Assembly (NCBI GenBank): GCA_041650295.1
Contig: JBAZLM010000001.1
Coordinates: forward strand, 64,318-128,317
From: Candidatus Omnitrophota bacterium
Lineage (GTDB): Bacteria; Omnitrophota; Gorgyraeia; Gygaellales; Profunditerraquicolaceae
Direction of reading: 5' to 3'
DNA: 64,000 nucleotides
Both the position numbers and the translations under genes were made by a program. This document shows positions 60,531-64,000 of the stretch, piece by piece. Under the pieces are notes generated by a model, which was given only the letters and a program-made list of their open reading frames with translations, ran no database searches and was not told the origin of the DNA. The stretch's first letter is position 1; each line of letters begins with the position of its first letter.

Positions 60531-60670
60531 ATTTAGTAACTGCTATCTTGCTTGCCAGTAAAACCAAACATTATTGCGATAAAAGGTGATTTTATTTTTA
60601 TAAATCATTCTTTACAGTCGTGTATAAAGCGGCTATAATTAATTCCGCTTTATATTTATAGGTCAGTTAT

Positions 60671-60766
60671 TGCCCTGTGGTCTAATTTGAGCACCTTGGT
60701 TTTAAATTTGGCGAAATCCTGCGAGCGCAGCGAAGCAGGAGGTAGGACTAAAGCTATTTAAATTAC
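60671..60766 (+). repeat. repeat unit R1: tRNA-Gln 5' 17 nt + ~54-nt hairpin insert (loop GAGCGCAGCGA) + GGTAGGAC
   Basis: TGCCCTGTGGTCTAAT identical to the tRNA-Gln 5' end, then TTGAGCACCTTGG...GGCGAAATCC-CCTGC-GAGCGCAGCGAA-GCAGG-AGGTAGGAC; same insert family as at 6891-6941. Confidence 0.6.
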
Positions 60767-60860
60767 TGCCCTGTGGTCTAATTTGAGCACCTTGGTTTTA
60801 AATTCGGCGAAATCCCGCCGGTTTTTAGGCGGGAGGTAGGACTAAAATTATTTAAGCTAT
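60767..60860 (+). repeat. repeat unit R2: second copy with a sequence-divergent but structurally equivalent hairpin
   Basis: Identical to R1 for the first ~47 nt, hairpin replaced by CCCGCC-GGTTTTTA-GGCGGG, then GGAGGTAGGACTAAA. Confidence 0.6.
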
Positions 60861-60934
60861 TGCCCTGTGGTCTAATGGTAGGACACAAGAATCTGGATCT
60901 TGTTATCATGGTTCGAGTCCATGCGGGGCAACCA
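60861..60934 (+). tRNA. tRNA-Gln (anticodon CTG) with encoded CCA
   Basis: TGCCCTGTGGTCTAATGGTAGGACACAAGAATCTGGATCTTGTTATCATGGTTCGAGTCCATGCGGGGCAACCA; U1-A72 pair typical of bacterial tRNA-Gln; anticodon loop ATCTGGA. Confidence 0.8.
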
Positions 60935-60937
60935 TCT

Positions 60938-61006
60938 AGCTCTATCTCCGTCGAGAGATAGAGCTTAATTAATCCCTGACGTAGTTTCTCCGTCGGGGAT
61001 TTTTTA
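60938..61006 (+). terminator. perfect 11-bp hairpin followed by an intrinsic terminator downstream of tRNA-Gln
   Basis: AGCTCTATCTC-CGTC-GAGAGATAGAGCT, then CCCTGACG-tagtttct-CGTCGGGG + TTTTTT. Confidence 0.55.
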
Positions 61007-61039
61007 TGTGCCGACGTTGCAAAGAGTTAGGGAGTAGAT

Positions 61040-61250
61040 TGGTTGGATTCATTTTTAAATAAATAATTATTTCTTTAGGCATTATATAAACTGCATAAAT
61101 AGCCATACAGTAGGTACAATATCGCTAAACATCTCGGACTTGGCATTTTTATAATGGCTTCTATATAATGCCATTTACGCCTTAATCTTGGCTATATTTG
61201 CCATATATAATGCCATTATATAGAATAGTGTGGTTATTATGTTAGATTAA
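61040..61250. other. AT-rich region with repeated TATATAATGCCATT / GCCATACAGT motifs between tRNA-Gln and the recombinase gene; candidate att/recombinase-binding site at an integrated-element junction
   Basis: TATATAATGCCATT at 61162-61175 and 61204-61217; inverted copy TATAATGGC at 61154-61162; GCCATACAGT at 61102-61111 and again at 63407-63416. Confidence 0.35.
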
Positions 61251-62888
61251 TTAAAGGTTAGTTTCTTGGGTAAGAGTTCGCCAGGATTCTATTTGTTTAG
61301 TCCAATCAAATTCTCTGGCTATTAGGTTGGCTTTGTATTCTGGCACTGCATTAAGGATTTCATTAGATCCCATGAGAATCTCTTCTTGGATTTTCGGAGA
61401 GAGGAATAGAAGTTCTACTATAAGATGCAATTGGATGGCAGACATATTGAGCCACTGCGCCACTTGTTTAATATTTGTGGCTTTGCCATTATCTAGTAGC
61501 TCTTGTGCTTGGTAGGCAAGGATTAACCGCTGGCGTAATTTTGGTTCATTTTTAATTTCAATTTTAGGATCATGTGTAGTGATATGCCGGACTTCTTTTA
61601 AATCTGTACTGTATTCCTGAGCTGTACCGTCAGAGAATGTAATAAATATTTTTTTAGCCACTGTATCATAATCAATCTGCTTAATTAAGTTTACTAGGAA
61701 TGATTTTTGTTCTTGAGAGGTGAAGCTTTGCCAATTTTCCTTTAATTTAGCGCCTTCTGGATGATTGAACAAGCATTCTGCTACGGCTTTTTCGATTTCA
61801 AGAGCGTTTATTGTTTTAGTGTTGCAGGTGTGATAACCGTATTTCTGTGCATGGATACAAACATAGTACCTATATTTGGTCTGTTGCGCTTTGTAAGTGT
61901 AAGTTGCAATCATTGGCCTATTACAGGCCTTACAGAAGAGGAGTTTAGTTAGTATATTTATAACTTTTTTCCCGCGAACCAATTCTTGATAATTTCGATT
62001 CTTTTTTAAAAGTTCCTGAACGCGTTTATATGAATCTTCATCAATGATTGCTTCTTGTTCGCCTTCATAAATTGCTCCATTATAAGAAACTTTTCCAATA
62101 TAAAGTGTGCTATGTAGAATATGGTTGATGGTTGTATTCTGGAAGGCATTACCATCGGCTTTCTTGCCATCTTTAGTAGTATAGGATTTGCTTCGCAAGC
62201 CTTTTTCCGTGAGCGCTTGGGCAACATGTTTTAGAGAATAGCCCTTTAGGTATAAGTCATAAATAGTTTTTATGGTTTCAGCTTCTGTTGGGTTTATTGT
62301 TAGTTTTTTTGTTCCTTTGATGCAATTGTAACCTAAAGGTGGCCTTCCACCAAGCCATTTTCCTCTCTTTCTAGCCGCGCCCATTTTATCTTTTGTTCTT
62401 TCGGAGATAATCTCGCGTTCAAATTGAGCAAAAGATAGTAAAATGTTTAATGTTAACCGGCCCATAGAGGAGTTAGTATTGAATGCTTGAGTTACAGATA
62501 CAAAGGTAACGTTATGCTTATCAAAAAGCTCAAGAAGATGAGTGAAGTCGACTAGGGACCGGGAGAGTCGGTCAACTTTATACACTACAACGCAGTTGAT
62601 TTTACCGGTTTTGATATCTTCAATTAGTTTTTTCAGCGCCGGTCGTTCGGTATTTGATCCAGTATATCCCCCATCGTCATAAAGGTCATCTAATGCAACC
62701 CACCCTTCATTCTTTTGGCTTTTTATGTAGTTGATGCCGGATTCTCTTTGTGCATCAAGCGTGGTAAATTCTTGCTCTAAGCCTTCAGTGGTAGACTTTC
62801 GCGTGTAAATAGCGCAGTAGATTGTTTGTTTCTCTTGCCCAGTAGCACTGTCCATAATTTCCTTACATTCTAAAGAATAGATAGCCAT
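61251..62888 (-). CDS. large serine recombinase (resolvase/invertase N-terminal catalytic domain + recombinase and zinc-ribbon domains)
   Basis: 545 aa; catalytic region YTRKSTTEGLEQEFTTLDAQRE (Ser nucleophile), VYKVDRLSRS motif, C-terminal Cys cluster. Confidence 0.85.
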   Translation of the reverse strand: MAIYSLECKEIMDSATGQEKQTIYCAIYTRKSTTEGLEQEFTTLDAQRESGINYIKSQKNEGWVALDDLYDDGGYTGSNTERPALKKLIEDIKTGKINCVVVYKVDRLSRSLVDFTHLLELFDKHNVTFVSVTQAFNTNSSMGRLTLNILLSFAQFEREIISERTKDKMGAARKRGKWLGGRPPLGYNCIKGTKKLTINPTEAETIKTIYDLYLKGYSLKHVAQALTEKGLRSKSYTTKDGKKADGNAFQNTTINHILHSTLYIGKVSYNGAIYEGEQEAIIDEDSYKRVQELLKKNRNYQELVRGKKVINILTKLLFCKACNRPMIATYTYKAQQTKYRYYVCIHAQKYGYHTCNTKTINALEIEKAVAECLFNHPEGAKLKENWQSFTSQEQKSFLVNLIKQIDYDTVAKKIFITFSDGTAQEYSTDLKEVRHITTHDPKIEIKNEPKLRQRLILAYQAQELLDNGKATNIKQVAQWLNMSAIQLHLIVELLFLSPKIQEEILMGSNEILNAVPEYKANLIAREFDWTKQIESWRTLTQETNL

Positions 62889-63330
62889 TCCAATGTTGTC
62901 CTGTTATAGCGCAGGCTACATTAGAAAGGGATTTGTAGATATTGCCATTATATTCAAAGCCATTTTCAAGCACCTTAACTTGAATTTCTTTACCTTTGTA
63001 ATTTTTAGTAATAATGCTACCAGGAATCGGAAGACGACGATCCTTCAACTGTGAAACATTGCTAGTTATTGGTTTAATATTATTCGGCCTAAGCAATAGA
63101 TTATTAATAGGGTCATATTTCTGAATAAGCTCTTTAATTTTGTTTTGAGTTTCAGCGGAAATGCCCCCGGATTCCAATTCCTGAAGCCGATAGGCAAGCT
63201 TACGCCAGAGAAATACCTTATTATTCGAAGGAACTTTCTGGCCCGGGAATAACTCTTCGTATTTTGTCTCAAGCTCACTTAGGGTTTTTTTCTTAAGTTC
63301 TACTATTTGAGATAAATTGGTTTCAGCCAT
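62863..63330 (-). CDS. DUF2924-family protein co-transcribed with the serine recombinase
   Basis: LWRKLAYRLQELESGGIS motif characteristic of DUF2924; 26-nt overlap with the recombinase start; listed ORF extends 10 codons upstream of the probable MAETNLS start. Confidence 0.5.
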   Translation of the reverse strand: MAETNLSQIVELKKKTLSELETKYEELFPGQKVPSNNKVFLWRKLAYRLQELESGGISAETQNKIKELIQKYDPINNLLLRPNNIKPITSNVSQLKDRRLPIPGSIITKNYKGKEIQVKVLENGFEYNGNIYKSLSNVACAITGQHWNGYLFFRM

Positions 63331-63588
63331 AATTGGTCTCCTTTTTTCAGTGGTGAGCAAGGCTGTAAAGGCAGTTGCGTCGAACCACTTTCGTTAGTAC
63401 GTATATGCCATACAGTTCGAGAGATAGCAAGTTATATAATAGATATTATTTTCGATTATTTAACCCCCAAGGCGTATTATCATTAGCAAGTTAGTATATT
63501 TTGCCACACCTGTTTATAGGGAGTGTTTCTATAGCGGGTTCCTTCTGGGCGTTTCTAGAATAATACCTCTTGTTTCGCTAGAATTTCA

Positions 63589-63638
63589 TTGACAACCTTT
63601 TTTTGTATGTTATAATTTACAATATCCGAATATTGTAA
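63589..63638 (+). promoter_or_regulatory. consensus promoter plus palindromic operator upstream of the ArsR-family gene
   Basis: TTGACA (63589-63594) - 16 nt - TATAAT (63611-63616); perfect inverted repeat TTACAATAT-ccga-ATATTGTAA at 63617-63638. Confidence 0.5.
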
Positions 63639-63652
63639 AATAAGGAAATAAA

Positions 63653-63982
63653 ATGCAAGAACTTGCCTATAAAATAAAAGCCGATTTCTTAAAAGCTCTA
63701 TCCCATCCTGTGCGTCTTCAAATAATTGAACTTCTTAAGGATGGCGAAAGAAACGTGGGCAGTATTATGAAAACTTTAAGTATACAACAATCAAGCCTTT
63801 CGCGACATCTTACAGTTTTAAGAGAAGCGGGGATATTAAAGTCAAGACAACAAGGTACGGTTATCTACTATGATATTGAAGATCATATTATCTTTCATGT
63901 ATTGCGTCCTATAGCTGAGATGTTGCGTAAGAAGCTTAAGAAGACTGAATCGGTATTAAGTAGTCTGGGTAAAGAAAAATAA
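63653..63982 (+). CDS. ArsR/SmtB-family transcriptional regulator
   Basis: 109 aa; HPVRLQIIELLKDGERNVGSI winged-helix motif. Confidence 0.8.
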   Translation: MQELAYKIKADFLKALSHPVRLQIIELLKDGERNVGSIMKTLSIQQSSLSRHLTVLREAGILKSRQQGTVIYYDIEDHIIFHVLRPIAEMLRKKLKKTESVLSSLGKEK

Positions 63983-64000
63983 AGCTTTAAGAAGAAAGCG

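Larger units (their letters stand above)
61040..64000. mobile_element. edge of an integrated element (serine recombinase, DUF2924, ArsR regulator) adjacent to tRNA-Gln; continues past the window end
   Basis: Recombinase gene orientated toward the tRNA with repeated motifs at the junction; abrupt change from housekeeping synteny. Confidence 0.4.

Noticed and set aside
60671-60934. Possible CRISPR array (direct repeats upstream of the recombinase)
   Set aside because: Only three units with ~95-nt period, the units are themselves tRNA-derived with variable hairpins rather than constant repeat plus unique spacer, and no cas genes are nearby

Overview
The window is a low-GC (~36-38% by eye) bacterial chromosomal segment centred on the replication origin. 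From about 1 to 21234 every gene is on the minus strand, ending with dnaN and dnaA. From 21491 to about 60530 every gene is on the plus strand, starting rpmH-yidD-yidC-jag-parA-parB. That orientation switch, DnaA boxes and AT-rich tracts place oriC around 19.7-21.5 kb. The left arm carries a V-type ATPase operon fragment and a pyrimidine operon with a classic PyrR attenuator. A tRNA-Arg and a half-size carB are embedded in that operon. It continues rsmI, glmS, tRNA-Glu, gyrA, a membrane protein, gyrB, a DUF721 gene, dnaN and dnaA. The right arm carries ndk, yicC, gmk, rpoZ and coaC, then a tRNA-Cys/Leu/Val cluster. Next come thrS-infC-rpmI-rplT, trkA-trkA-trkH, pheS-pheT, a cyclophilin, a UvrD-like helicase, iscU and a 5-FTHF cyclo-ligase. 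Further right are rny-ymdB, a secreted TIM-barrel hydrolase-like protein, xseAB, dxs, a four-subunit 2-oxoacid:ferredoxin oxidoreductase and gltX. The last ~9.5 kb is accessory. It holds a promoter, a small structured RNA and a Cys-rich mini-lipoprotein. It also holds a giant (~1800 aa) signal-peptide protein that combines a PEP-utilizer phosphohistidine swivel domain, a PPDK_N-type ATP-grasp domain and a kinase-like domain. That giant gene is followed by two tandem ~95-nt hairpin repeats fused to 5' fragments of tRNA-Gln, an intact tRNA-Gln, and the edge of an integrated element (large serine recombinase, DUF2924, ArsR regulator). The hairpin repeats belong to one family (loop GAGCGCAGCGA) that is also inserted next to tRNA-Arg at 6.9 kb. 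The most unusual items are the giant phosphotransfer/kinase protein, the tRNA-associated hairpin repeat family, and a 6S-like structured RNA candidate after pheT. Nothing here looks like CRISPR or a canonical defence operon.
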